DNA from: Nageia nagi
Taxonomy: Eukaryota; Plantae; Pinophyta
Length of the DNA stretch: 64,000 nucleotides
Direction: 5' to 3'
Assembly: GCA_050084985.1 (NCBI GenBank)
Contig: JBITNC010000001.1
Coordinates: 184,946,001 to 185,010,000, forward strand
The position numbers and the translations under genes were made by a program. The notes beneath the pieces are model-generated. The model was not told the DNA's origin, searched no databases, and saw nothing but the letters and a program-made list of their open reading frames with translations. Each line of letters begins with the position of its first letter. Position 1 is the first letter of the stretch. Positions 37,515 through 49,861 of this stretch are shown here, one piece after another.

Positions 37515-40150
37515 CGTTGGGGGCTTTTTCTTTTCTACCCTTGCAATTTGGCAAATGGTATCGCAAGGCCTAGTGGAAAGACTCCAACACCTAAGTGGTA
37601 GGGTGTTACCCCTACCCGCTATGAGGACTGTTTACCTCAAAGGTTAGGAAGTGAAGGATGCAGGGGTCCACTTAGGTGACTTGGTGGAGATGTTTAAAGC
37701 TATTTCCAACTCAAATGAAATTTGTTACTCAAGGACTCGAAGGGTCTCTAATCCCAGTAAGGTTGTTTCTCAAAGAAAATAGAAAATAAAAGGAGTTTGT
37801 TGCGAAAGCTGCGCAAAAAATAGAAAAATAAATTAAAGGTTTGTGAAGACACGGTGGTATATGAATGGGGCTCTAGGGTAATGTTCTCACCGACTAGTAT
37901 GAATTTCAAAGATTGAACTCGCATGGGTTTGATCTAGGTTCCATGCATTCCTGATTCGACTTGTGAGGCAACAACACGAATACCTCAACAAGCGGAGCTT
38001 GAAGCCGAAGCTGTGGAAAGGTAAGATAGGATGGAGTAAGACTCAAACATGGAATGAAGTTCCTAGGTTAAATGACATATGCGAGTTCTCTCGGAAGACA
38101 CTAATCCAATGTGCAGACTATAGAATGTTACAACCACACACACCACTTAAAATGTTTCAAAAGATTTACAAGCATTCTTTTGTCCACCTTATAGAAGATT
38201 TACAAAATGATCCAAACACTTAAGATAGAATGGAGAAATAACACAAAATGACATCCATAGTCTCAATTAAGAACATGCTCACTTCAATTACTTGAAATTT
38301 ATATCACAATTGCGAAAAAGGGAAACTTGCAAGTTTGAAAGTATTATGTAAGTGGTCCCAATTGCAAAAATGTCTGATCCCTTACAAATGAGCTCAAATG
38401 GGCTATAAATAGTTTTTGAGCAACTCAAAGTGTTGCCTTAACTCTAATTATGATTTCCAAGAAAATCAAATGTGGTCCAACAAAAATATGCCACATGGCA
38501 TTACAAGATGTTCTCCAAATTTTTGGGAGCAAATCCTCATCCATCACAAATTTGGGAATTTATTGACAAATAAATAAAGCCTCCAAAAATAACTTATGAA
38601 ATATAATAAGACAAAAAATATTGTGACTAGGCAGTTGGTGGGCCCAACGCCTCTACACGCCCTTCAAAGTCGTCATCCAAGAATTTGGTCGTGAGCTCCA
38701 ATCCATGTACCATCTTTGATAGCTTCGACCCATTCTTCACCATGTTGTGCTCTACCTTGTCGACGATCCTCATCATATCCTTCTACTTGGTCAACCTCAA
38801 GATGTGTGCCAACCCAAAACCTCCTATAAAGCTGCTTGTGCTCGAACGTTTGGGTTTTAACGCTCAACTTGGCTTGGTGCATGGAAAAAAAAAGACAAAA
38901 AGGTGACGTTTTGAACCATGCACCAGCCTTGAGGGTGTATATGCTTCCAATGTTGGGTCTTCTGCCTTCATGCTTGCTTGCCTTAATCACCTAACTCACC
39001 CTATAACTTGATTTTTCTTGATTCCTGGTCTTTTGGTCAGTTGGACTTATCAATTTTGATGTTTCATTTCAACCTAGGAAACCTGTGGGCTTGGCGCATG
39101 CTTCCAAAAGTCAAGTTTATGACTTTTTGAGGCATGTGCCAGCCTTGCTTGTCCATCTAGCCTGGTCGCATGGTTCAAAAAGACAAGATTTTGTCTTTTT
39201 GAAGCATGCACAAGCCTCTAGTTGGCCTATTTTTTGAAATTTGATCTTCAAGTGCTCATGCCCTTGCCAAATTTTTACCTTTCTCGAATCTTGGAGGCTT
39301 CCTGGGCTTGGTGAATGTATCAAAAAGTCAAGAATTTTTCTATTGAGACCATGTGTCAACCCCCTTGGGTAGGCTTGAGTTGGTCTTGAGTTTTCTGGGT
39401 TCGGGACTTGTCAAATTTTCCACTTTGCTCGGATTGGCAGCCTTTCTAGGCTTGGCGCATGGTTCAAAAAGACAAGATTTTGTCTTTTTGAAGCATGCGC
39501 CAGCCTCTTGGGTGACTCATGATCATTTTGCAAACTTTGAACTTGCTCATCTTGCCCTCTTGGCCAAGTCGCATGGTTCAAAAAGACAAGATTTTATATT
39601 TTCAAACCATACGCTAGCCTTGTAGTGCCTTTGCCTTGGGTTTTCCATGATTACTTTGGCTCCATTCTGCTCCTTGTGTTTGGCGCATGCCTAGGAAAGA
39701 TAAGATTTTGTCTCCTAGAGGCATGCGTTGGGCTTGCAAGTGCCCAAATTCCATCCATGAGTCTTCCATCTTGTTTGGACGACCCCCAAGCCCAGTCTCA
39801 TGGTTCAAAAAGATAAGATTTTGTCTTTTGAAACCATGTGCCAGCCCTTGGAGAGGCCCAGTTTGCTTTGATCAAGCTCCGACTCTTCCTAGACTCCTTG
39901 GTTCTCCTAAGGTTGACTTTACTCTTTCTAGATTTAGTCATTTTTTTGGGAATTTCAAGATTTCTATCTTAGTATGATTGACCCAGGGCGAAGAATGAGG
40001 CTTGAACCAGAGAGGGATGATCCATGAATTCGGGTCTTTATGACACAACTTGGGTGAGACAAGATGAAGACAAAGCGAAGTATATACGTGACGTGTTGAG
40101 GGTCCCCAAAATCGTAGGATTTTGGGGCATGTTGTGTTTTAGTCACAACA
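37515..40150 (-). mobile_element. Solo LTR, family B, inner copy (2.6 kb), inverted inside the outer copy
   Basis: Both ends are reverse complements of the outer copy's ends; degenerate TSD GATTC/AATCC. Confidence 0.85.
38877..39841 (-). repeat. Array of 8 interspaced 46-bp palindromes (inner LTR B)
   Basis: Starts at 38877, 39094, 39166, 39311, 39455, 39569, 39683 and 39796. Confidence 0.92.
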
Positions 40151-42363
40151 AATCCTAGCGTAAGAATAAGAGACGAATCTACAGACACTCACTACGTGAG
40201 TAGGTTTGTGTTCAAGGTCAACAATACACTTTTTATCACCAAAGTTTTCTTGAATAAGGACTCAAAGAAGCCGCAAGACTTGGAGGCCCATACTTTAAAA
40301 ATTGAAGTTGATAAAGTCAAGACTACTAGGGTAGAGCGAATCATAGATATCACCAAACTTTCAGAGAAGTTGGAAGAGGGACAAGGAAAGCTGAGCCTTG
40401 AGAGAAAGAGCACATCTTCTAATCTAGATTATCTTCAAGACTAGGTGGCCATAGGCGAACAAGGGTAATCGCAACAAGCAAATGATGAAGTCTTCTGGCC
40501 TAGTGTTGCAAAGGCAGAGAAGGTGGGCAAACCCGAATGGACCTAAGAATCATTGAGGCTTGATGTTGTAGTCGTGGCAATTGGATTTTATTTTATTGCA
40601 AATTTGTTTCAAATTTAAATTTCAAAGACTTTTAAATTCTATTCCCAAACTTATGACGGATGAGGATTTACTCCCATAAGTTTGGAAGAAATCTTGTATG
40701 GCCATGTGGCATGTTTTTATTGGATCACATTTTATTTTCTTGAGACTCGTGATTATGGTTAGGGCAACACTGTAGTTGCTCCAAAACTATTTATACCTCA
40801 TTTTGATTCATTTGTAAAGGGAGGGGGGATTGACAATTTTAACAATGGAAAGAACTTTTGTTTGCAAGTCTAAAATTTCTCTAAGTTGTTAAATGTGGTG
40901 TATGTAAATGCAATTATACTTATATGCTCTCATTTTGTAATGCCAAATTTGAATGAATGATTGGCAGTCTTGTCTAGTTTGTTCTATCATTGCTTTGTGT
41001 TTATTTTAATCACTTAGTGCATCTTGTATATTCCAGTTGGGGTGGACAAGAGAATGCTTGGAAATTTTATGAAATGGTTGAATAGCATCTTGTTTGTGAT
41101 ATTTTGTCATTTGCAATTTTAGGCTTGGATACCTCAAGATGTCTTGTTGATGTCGCTCATTGTAGGAACTTCACCCGGATCGTTAAGTGTTACCTTCATC
41201 CCATATTATTCCATCCTTGCCACAACTTCACACTCCTTCCACTAGACCATTTGTGTTGTTGGCTAGTGGAATGGATTGAGGGTGCGTGGAACCTATGTTG
41301 AGACCTAGCAAGTTGACTTTTGAGGACCTTATCCCAAGCCCGTGAGTACGCATGCTTATAGTTGCATCCCACTACCCATAGTCTTTCCACCAATTTTTCT
41401 TTATTTTATTTTACACTTTTTTCCACGATTTTCGCACTTGTGTTTCCCGTTCAACATTTTCTAGAAACAACTTTGTCTAGCTATAGGGATAATCCGAGTC
41501 CTTGAATCCACACATGATATTCATCTTGGTGGCAAATTCAAACATCTCAATCGTTTCTTGAGTTATCTTTGCTAAGACATGAAGCTAACTTTTGGGGTAA
41601 CCAGTCCCCATAACCAGAGGGAGTAACGTCCCTTCACCTGAGGTGGAGTGTTTCTCACTACTCTAGGGTAGGAAAGAAAAACCACCCAAAAAGACTTAAT
41701 TATGGAACGATGGGCCTTTATGTTAGTTCATTATGTATAGTTGAGTGCCTTAATATGCCAATAATGTTGTATTAATAATACCAAGGCCATTATATTTGTA
41801 AATGGAATATTAGTCTCCAATAATGAGGCATTGCATATTTCTAGCCTTGATGAGTGTAATATTGGCATTAGATGGTCCTCTTGTCATTAGTGCTCCTCTC
41901 TTCGAGGATGAGCATCCCCCTATGTGATTACATAGACTACGAGGCATCAAGAAAGCTTCCAAGACTGGACATGGCATCCCAAGACACCAAATCGCTCCCA
42001 TACTTGGACGTTGGGCATTTCTGGATTCCATGATGCCACGTTGGGCATTTAAGGTGGAATTAACCCCCATGTTGGGCATTTAAGGTGGAATTAACCCCCA
42101 AGTTGGAGATTTGGGCATCTCTAGGCCCCACATCACTCTCCTAAGGTATTTGGATGCATGGCATTGACATCGAGGCACATTAGAAGCTCCATTATCCCAA
42201 CGCTAGCATTCTTGGCCTTCAGATGTGATTACTCTTATCTTGAGGCTCTCCAATCATGACGTTGATAGCTGGAGAACACATATCACTCCTCTCCACCATT
42301 ATATCATCTCAATGCAAGATTAGAAGACGAACTACCTCTCCTATATAAGGAGGATTTCTAGAT

Positions 42364-42956
42364 TTGATCCGGATTTATTTAGGAACGCAATAGAATAAAC
42401 ATATAACCATAAATATAGAGTTACAGCAGAAATAACACTTCATTCCATTAATTTCAAAGAATGAAATTTGCTTACAGACAGAATGGAAATAAAAACTAGC
42501 TAGGACACTGGTAGCTATCTCTGAGAAGAGATGTTGCGGCTACAGGCCTTTGAACTTAGTTACAATGAGGCTCGAGGGCCTATTTATTATTAAGAAATAA
42601 TGGAGAACCCTAAACATCCCAAAAACCTAACCCTAGGAGATGAAGTGCCAAAACTATGGGCCTCGTTTGGGTAAATTGGTGTTTCAACTTCCCAGGGACG
42701 TAACTTTTGCATACTATCCGCACATGATACCTCGTTGGAAAGATCTATTCGAGGACTACAACTTTAAAAATGAATTTCATTTTATGAAACGACAAATGAC
42801 GATGCCCAAAAAACGTCATTTAGGATCTCAAAACGGCTCTGGAAGTTCAGGACCCAAAAAACTGCTAAAAATAGTAAGTTATGCCGAAACTGACAAACTA
42901 AAAGAGACAATGGTGGGAGCCCAAGTGGAATAGGTTGATGGTCACCAATATCAACA
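42364..42956 (-). mobile_element. Solo LTR (about 590 bp) inserted in LTR A
   Basis: Ends ATATCAACA; TSD TAGAT/TGGAT; absent from the other two family A LTRs. Confidence 0.75.
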
Positions 42957-45299
42957 TGGATCAAGATTACACAAGATATGCTGAATTTTTGAATAAATCG
43001 CCTTTTATCGGACTGAGTGTTAGAACTCTTTCTTCGCCTCTTGTGGAGCAATCTGCATTTGAGGTCTTGAGGTGATTGAAGGCTAGCCTTGAGCTTACTC
43101 CGGCCATTCGAGAGAGGAACATTGGTTCCATCACAGTGAAGTAGGGAAACCCTGGGCTTGGCCTTGTTGCAGCTAAGATTGGTGAGGCCCTAGAGCCATC
43201 CGCAATAACCATATTGGAGGCAACCTTGGTGTAAGCTTCTTAGGCACAAAAAATATATTGTAATTGCGATTCTCTCATTGCTATATCAATACAATTACAT
43301 TATTGTTTTCTTTCTACTGTTATTGTCTCCTTTTGCTTGGATGTTGGATTTGGAAGAGTAATTTCGTAGTTTAATATCTGATTTGCCTTCTCTATTCCTA
43401 CGTTGGGTTTTTGTGAGCAATTGTAGTTGTTTAGTTTAAATTAGGCATTCCTTGCTAGACGTTGGAGCATTTTTGCATTTTAAAGTTTAAATGCCTAGAT
43501 TTGGAGTTAAAAGACAAATATCTCTCTCCTAGGGCACGCTTGAGCATGATCCGCCGATTTGGGATCATCACAGTGGTATCAAAGACTTGCTTTTGCCATC
43601 ATGCTAGGTAAGAGAGGCTGAGGAGAATTCGAAAACTCTGATACCCACTCACAATGGTATCAAGGATTTCACACACGGAGTATTTGTCAAGCTGAGCTGA
43701 AGAGGTTTTTTGCCATTCTGGTTGGTAAGAAGGTTGAAAGAGATATCAATTCATTGGTCACAGTGATATCATAGATCATAGTGGTAACACCTTCTAAGGA
43801 GATCTTGCCCTTTTCTGTTGAGTAAGAAAGGAGGATTTGCTGAGGAGATCTTGTCGTCCTGATGGAATATCTGGAACGTGTTTTACAGTGATACTGACAT
43901 AAGTTCACGGTGGTAGTTTCAAAAAATTGAGGAGATTTGAAGCATTCTGTTCCTAGAAGACAGATGTTGGGGTTCTAGCATTGAATCTACCGGATCTGGA
44001 CACTAGGAGTGCATCCTTGGAGGTCTAGAAGACAAATATCACCCTTCTAGCAATTCATTGAACCTATAGTGACGACAATTTCGAGTTTTGAGGCTTCAAG
44101 GAGGAATGTCTGACTTGGTGAGTAGTTATTTCTGTAATTTTTGATATTTTATATCAAGTTTGGACTTTGTTTGCTTGGATCTGAGGTTCAAGGAGCGAAG
44201 AGGAGGTTCGTTGGGTCTCTAGAGGCCTAGATCTAAGTTCACTTTATCACTTTGAGGCTAAAATTGGTATATTGAGATAAGAATTGAGATCCGTTCAGTA
44301 TTTTGAAGCCATGACATTGGCGTTCTAATGGTTTTTTGGAGGATCGGTTTTCATTTTGAAGCTATTCAGAGGTAGACATTGGTATTTTTGGAGACTACTA
44401 TGCATTCTGGAGCTACACTAAGGAGTTCGTTGGCATTTTGAGGCCAATTTTTGATGAGTGTCTGCATCATAGTAATATCCAATTGCAGGTTTGTCAAAAT
44501 TTCACCATGGAATCTGGATTTTGAGAGATTTTGCAAGGACGTTGGGTCACTCTGAACAAAATTGCTGAGAAGTTTGGAGTCATTGGAAAGAAGACATTGG
44601 GACACAGGGAGAGTCAAATTGATGAATTTGACAAGTTTTCATAGTGATATCTGCACCATGAAGGTTTAAAGGGAGACATTGAGACATTTTTGCAAAGATT
44701 ACTGAGATCTGGTAGCTAGAATTGAGATGTTGGGTACTGAAGAAGCTTAATTTGCCTTGAATTTGCAAAAAGTCATCCATTTGAGCTTGGACATTTGGGA
44801 TCTTGGCCTATTTGCTGAAGGTTGGAGTTAGTTTTGCATCATTTTGGGTTTGTGTTTGAACGTTGAGCTTGAAGAAGACACAAGCTGACTTGGAGTTAGT
44901 TTTTGGGCCCATAACCCATAGGCTTGAGAAATTTGGTGCAAGGATCAATTCATTCCATCATGGAGGGAATTAAAATCCAAGTGTAAGTAATTTTCAATTT
45001 CAATTTTTAATTATTTATTTTTAGTAAGAGAAATAAGGAGAAAAAGACAAAAATATTTTATTTTGCTTTTAGGATGAATAAGGGAAATGAGATTTAAAAA
45101 AAAAAAAAAGAAAAATATTTGAGAAAATTAAAAAATATTTTATTTTGAGTTAGAAATTCTTATTATTTCAATTTGATAAGCAAATTAAAATTTAGGAGTG
45201 AAGGTATTATTTTTTTGGATTACATATTTTATTATGCTTAAATTTTGAATTTTGGGAGACATACAAGATACAAACACACAAGCTTAAGTTGTCACTCCT

Positions 45300-48200
45300 T
45301 TGATTATGATAGAACAATAGTGTGGAACCAAGTGACCTTCCATCGTCCATACATCTGAAATGACCCTTGGAGAACGGTGACCTTTCTTTAATAATGGGCA
45401 ATGTTGTGATGCTCTATCTTCATCATGTGCAACTACTTTCTTTCGAGAGTAAACCTATACCTGTTCCCTTTGAGTGTTAGGATGTACCTCTCTTAGTGGC
45501 GCCACATCCAATACTTCTCCCTTAGTCACCTCAATGAAGTCCCTAAAACTCAATGCTTCCTTGACGTCTTATGGGAGGGTTGAATAAACCTGAAATAATT
45601 TGCGCAAGGATGAGGTGAGTGTGGTAGAGCTATGGAGAGCCTCTTGGCTAGTTGTTACCTCCTCCTTTCCATGTTTGCATTCTTTTTGATGAATCCTCCT
45701 TTTTCTGTCGATCTTTACTATAGAGGCTTCCCCAATATGAAACCCTTGATCTTTGCCTTCACAACAACAACAATCCTTGTAGTACCCTAGAATTTTTTGA
45801 AAGAAAGCCTACTCATTTCTCAAACCTGAAGATGCCATGGTACCAACGACTTGGAGAAATCCCTATGTCTGAAAAATGACCTCAAAATTTTTGAATTATG
45901 GCCTCAAAATATGGACGTCCTCCCTCTAGTGGAAGAATGGTGATGAGAAGGCCTCAAAACTCGGAATTGAGCCCCCAAAAGTCCAAAGACTTGTTCCCAA
46001 GTGATGATATCTCTCTAGGGTGCCCAATGAACTCTTCTGGAGTGCTTAACAGGTCCTCTAGCTTCCTCAATGTCCAACATCCAACCTCCTTCGCTTATGT
46101 TTGAAATTCTGACCTCAAATTGGCTTTATAGGGCTAGGAGATAATTTGAATTCATATTTTTTCACCATGTTGCACATTCCCTCCAAAATTCAAATTTTTG
46201 AGCACAATAAAATTTTAAATCCAAAAATAGCACCTTATCACTCCTATTTTATTTTGCTTGTCAAAATAAATAAATAGAATTCCCTATAACTCCAAATTTG
46301 TTTTTTTCCTAATGACAAAATAAAAAATATTTTTGTATTTTTCCAAATAGTTTTCCTCCCTTATTACTCCTAAAAACCAAAAGAAAATATTTTTGTCCGT
46401 TATCCTTATTTCTCCTACTAAAAAATAATTAAATATGAAATACTCAAATTACTCAAACTTGGAATTTTGGTCCTGCCATGATGGGATGAGCTAAGCAAAT
46501 CTTGATCCTTTGGGTTATGGGCCTCAAGAACAAACTCTGAATTTGGGTGTGTCCTCTTGAAGCTCATCGTCCACACACACAAGCTGAATAGTGCAAAGCC
46601 AATTCCAAATTTCGAAATTTGGCCAAGATACCAGTCATTCAACCTTCAAGGAATGAATTTTTGCAAGCTCACAGCAAATAGAGCTTCCTACACTCCCAAT
46701 GTCTCACTTCCAACCATAGATTTTGATCACAATAGTAAAATAACTCCAACATCTCTTCCTCAGGTGTCCTTGGTGCAGATACCACTGTGACATTTAGTCA
46801 ATGTCAGCAAATTGACTCTCCTATTTTCCAATGACCTCGTTGCAGTGAATTGTGGCTCCAAATTTGCCAGAAAATAATGGCCAGTATGTTTAGTGACCCT
46901 ACAAAATTGTTAATACTTGCCATCCATAATGAAAATGAATTAATATTTACAAGTATTGTCGCTTGTGATGCAGTCTCCACTCCCAATTGGCCTCAATGAG
47001 CCAACGTACCACTTCAAGTGTCTTCAAAATGCAACAAAGGTTTCAAAAAACCTTCCAATAGCTTAAGGTCTGGTCTTTAGTGACTCTGAAATGCAGCAAA
47101 GAGTCCAAAAACTCTTCTAGAATCCCAACGTTTGACCCATAATGTATTCAGAAAGCCAATCTAACTCTAAAACAAGGCTCAGTTTGCCATGCTTGCCTCA
47201 TAATGATCCCAAAATGTAGCTTAGGCTCAAGAATCCTCCTCATCATGTCAACGTCCACTTCAAAATAGCTTCAAAATGCAAATTAATCTTCAAGAATGCC
47301 CTCAAACTGCTAACGTCTGGCTTAGGGGACCCTCAAAATGTAGAAAGATCCTTTTAAATAGCTTCAGTATGCCAACGTCTGGCCTTAGGTGGTCTCGGAA
47401 AGCATAATAGACCTCAAAACTCTTCTAAGGTACCAATGTCCACCGAGAAATTGCCCCAAAATGCAATAGAATTCTCAAGATTCTCCTAATTGGCCAATGT
47501 ACTCCTTCAGGCGGGCTCAAAATGCAAAACCAACCTTCGAAAAGCACTCAAATCACCAATGTCTGCCTTCCAAAGAGCTCAAAATGTAGAGTTAAGCTAA
47601 AAAATGCCCTCAGTGATGCAATGTCTAGCTTCCAGTGACCTAGAAATGCAACGTTTGGCTTTAGGTGGGTCCAAAATGCAACTTTAGGCACAAAAATACC
47701 CCCAGAAATGCAACGTATGGCTTCAGGTGGGTCCGAAATGCAGCTTTAGGCACAAAAATCCCCTTAGAATACCAACATCCTCCTTGTGAAGGCCTTAGAA
47801 CACAAAACGAGCCTCACAATGGATCCCAAATGACCAACGTTCCTCTTCAGGTTGGCCTAAATGCCAATGTCTAGCTCCAGGTGAGGTCAAACTCTCCAGA
47901 CAACCCCTTATTCCTCCATCGAACTTCGAATAAATCGAGAACAAACTTCAACTTGAAATAAAAATGCAATTTTTTTCGAAAGTGTACCTTTTCAAGCTGA
48001 ACAAACCTCCTCAAAGCTTCAGAATTTGAAATTAGGGCCAAGAAATGCCCAACGAATTGCCAAAAGGATGAAATAGGGCTCCTAGATCCCCAACAATTTG
48101 CTCCAAGCATCTAGATCCTCCAAAAACTCCTTTGAAATGACCACTATGATGCTAGGTCAACTCCACTCCTCAATAGGATAACAAGAATTCTCTGCAAATA

Positions 48201-49861
48201 GCACTGTGAGCATTGTTATCCAACATAATAGCATAATGAGTCTTCTTCAGCTCCTCCAACTCCTCCAACAATCTCCTTCAGCAACAACTCCTCAACTCTT
48301 ACCCAGCAGCAAGGGCAAGATCTCCAACTTCACTCAGCAAATCTCCCATGCGTGATACCACTATGATGTGGGTATCCCAATCTTCAATCTCTCTTCATCT
48401 TGAACTCGAAACCCTCCGTGAATGATGCCCTTGATTCCCAACAGGATGGCATAATCAAGGCTCTGATACCACTATGGTGAGCCATTCTAGGGCTCACTCC
48501 TCAAACGTGCCCTGGGAGAGGGACGTTTGGCTTCAAACTTCCAAACTGCTCCAAACAAGCTAAAAAATGCACCAAAAATCCAACGACTTGCTAGAGATGA
48601 TAATTTTAGCAATAATAATCCGAAAATCACACGCAAACCCAACGTCTAACTTGGAATGCAAAAGACAAGTTCGAACATGCAAAACATCCCTAGTAATCCA
48701 ACATTGCAAATAGGAAGCAATAACAAGAATTCAACAATGAGAAACTACATTTCAAATCCAATGTCCAAGAATAGAGAGATAAATGGCAAGATTTTGACAA
48801 CAAAAAGTAATTGTATTGATAAGCAATGACAGAAGCACAATTACAATATTTTTGTCAACCTATGGAGTTTGTACTAGGATTGTCTCCAATACGGCTATTT
48901 CGGATGGCTCCAAGGCCTCACCAATCCTAGAAGTAGTGAGGCAAGACCAAGTCTCCTTTGCAACAACTGTGATGGAACCAACAACGTTCTTCTCAAGATG
49001 GCTTGAATAAATTGAGGTAAGCCTCCTCTCACCTCAATACCTCAAATACAGGTTGTTGTACAAGTGGCGAAGAAAGAGCTTCCACTCAGTCCGAAAAAGG
49101 CGTTTAATAATCATAATCAACATATCTCATAATCGCTTTGAGTCCTTTTATAGGTGAGGCTGATCATCTTCTAATTTTGCATTGAGATGATTCGACAGTG
49201 GAGAGATGTGATAGGTGTGCTCATGTATGCAAAGTCCAAGACGGGGAGCCTTGGGATGGATGAAATCACATCTAAGGGCCAGGAATGCCAACGTCCAAGA
49301 GGGGGTGATAACAAAGCGCCTCGTGATCAGTGCCATTGGTCCATATGCCTAGGAAGGCCAACGTGGGGTCTTGGGATGCTTCCATGCCCAACGTCCATGC
49401 TCTAGGGTTGTCCACTTGCCTCGAGATTGCCAATGCTTAGTTCGAAGTGCCACGTCCATCCTTGATGTTCCAAATGATGTCGTAGTTGATGCAATCACCT
49501 AGGGGGATGCTCTACCTCGAAGAGGGGAGCACTAATGACTAGAGATACATTTAATGCCAATATTACAATCATCAAGGCTAAAATATGCAACGCCTCGTTT
49601 AATGAGACTAATATTGCATTTACAAGTATAATTGCCTTGGTATTTCAAATACGACATGATTGGCATTTTATCAATTAACTAAATAAAAATAAATAAATAA
49701 AAAAGCCATTTATTCTATAATTAGAGCTTTATGAAATCTCTAAGTGGAATTTATATTATGTTGGCCAAATTATACAAAAATAGATAAAAACACTCCTAAA
49801 TTAAAGTTCCCATTTATCAGAGGTGAAATGGGGAAAACACCTAAAAAATGGAGACATTACA
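45300..49861 (-). mobile_element. Truncated family A LTR element: 5' LTR 48475-49861, tRNA-iMet PBS and internal region
   Basis: Ends GGAGACATTACA at 49861; PBS TGGTATCAGAG on the minus strand at 48461-48471; left boundary approximate. Confidence 0.85.
46990..47870. repeat. Degenerate tandem array, about 61-62 bp period (31-bp sub-period), roughly 14 units
   Basis: Recurring caacgtc/caatgtc...aaaatgca motif near 47027, 47089, 47213, 47275, 47336, 47459, 47520, 47582, 47644 and 47706. Confidence 0.7.

Larger units (their letters stand above)
35744..41691 (+). mobile_element. Long solo LTR, family B, outer copy (about 3.3 kb of its own sequence; strand label arbitrary)
   Basis: TGTTGTG...CCCAAaA termini; perfect TSD AGACT (35739-35743 and 41692-41696); LTR A resumes after it. 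Confidence 0.88.
35649..45270 (+). mobile_element. Truncated family A LTR element: 5' LTR 35649-43572 (twice interrupted), PBS and non-coding internal region
   Basis: Starts TGTAATGTCCC; LTR ends ATCATCACA, followed by PBS TGGTATCAAAG at 43574; internal part reverse-complementary to about 46150-48470. Confidence 0.85.

Noticed and set aside
36034-39841. CRISPR array interpretation of the interspaced palindromes
   Set aside because: Eukaryotic context with no cas genes. Spacers are very unequal (26-172 bp) and homologous between the two LTR copies, so they are inherited rather than acquired.
36059-39977. Short ORFs with repeated KRQDFVFLKHA-like peptides
   Set aside because: These are translations of the DNA palindrome and appear on both strands in several frames.
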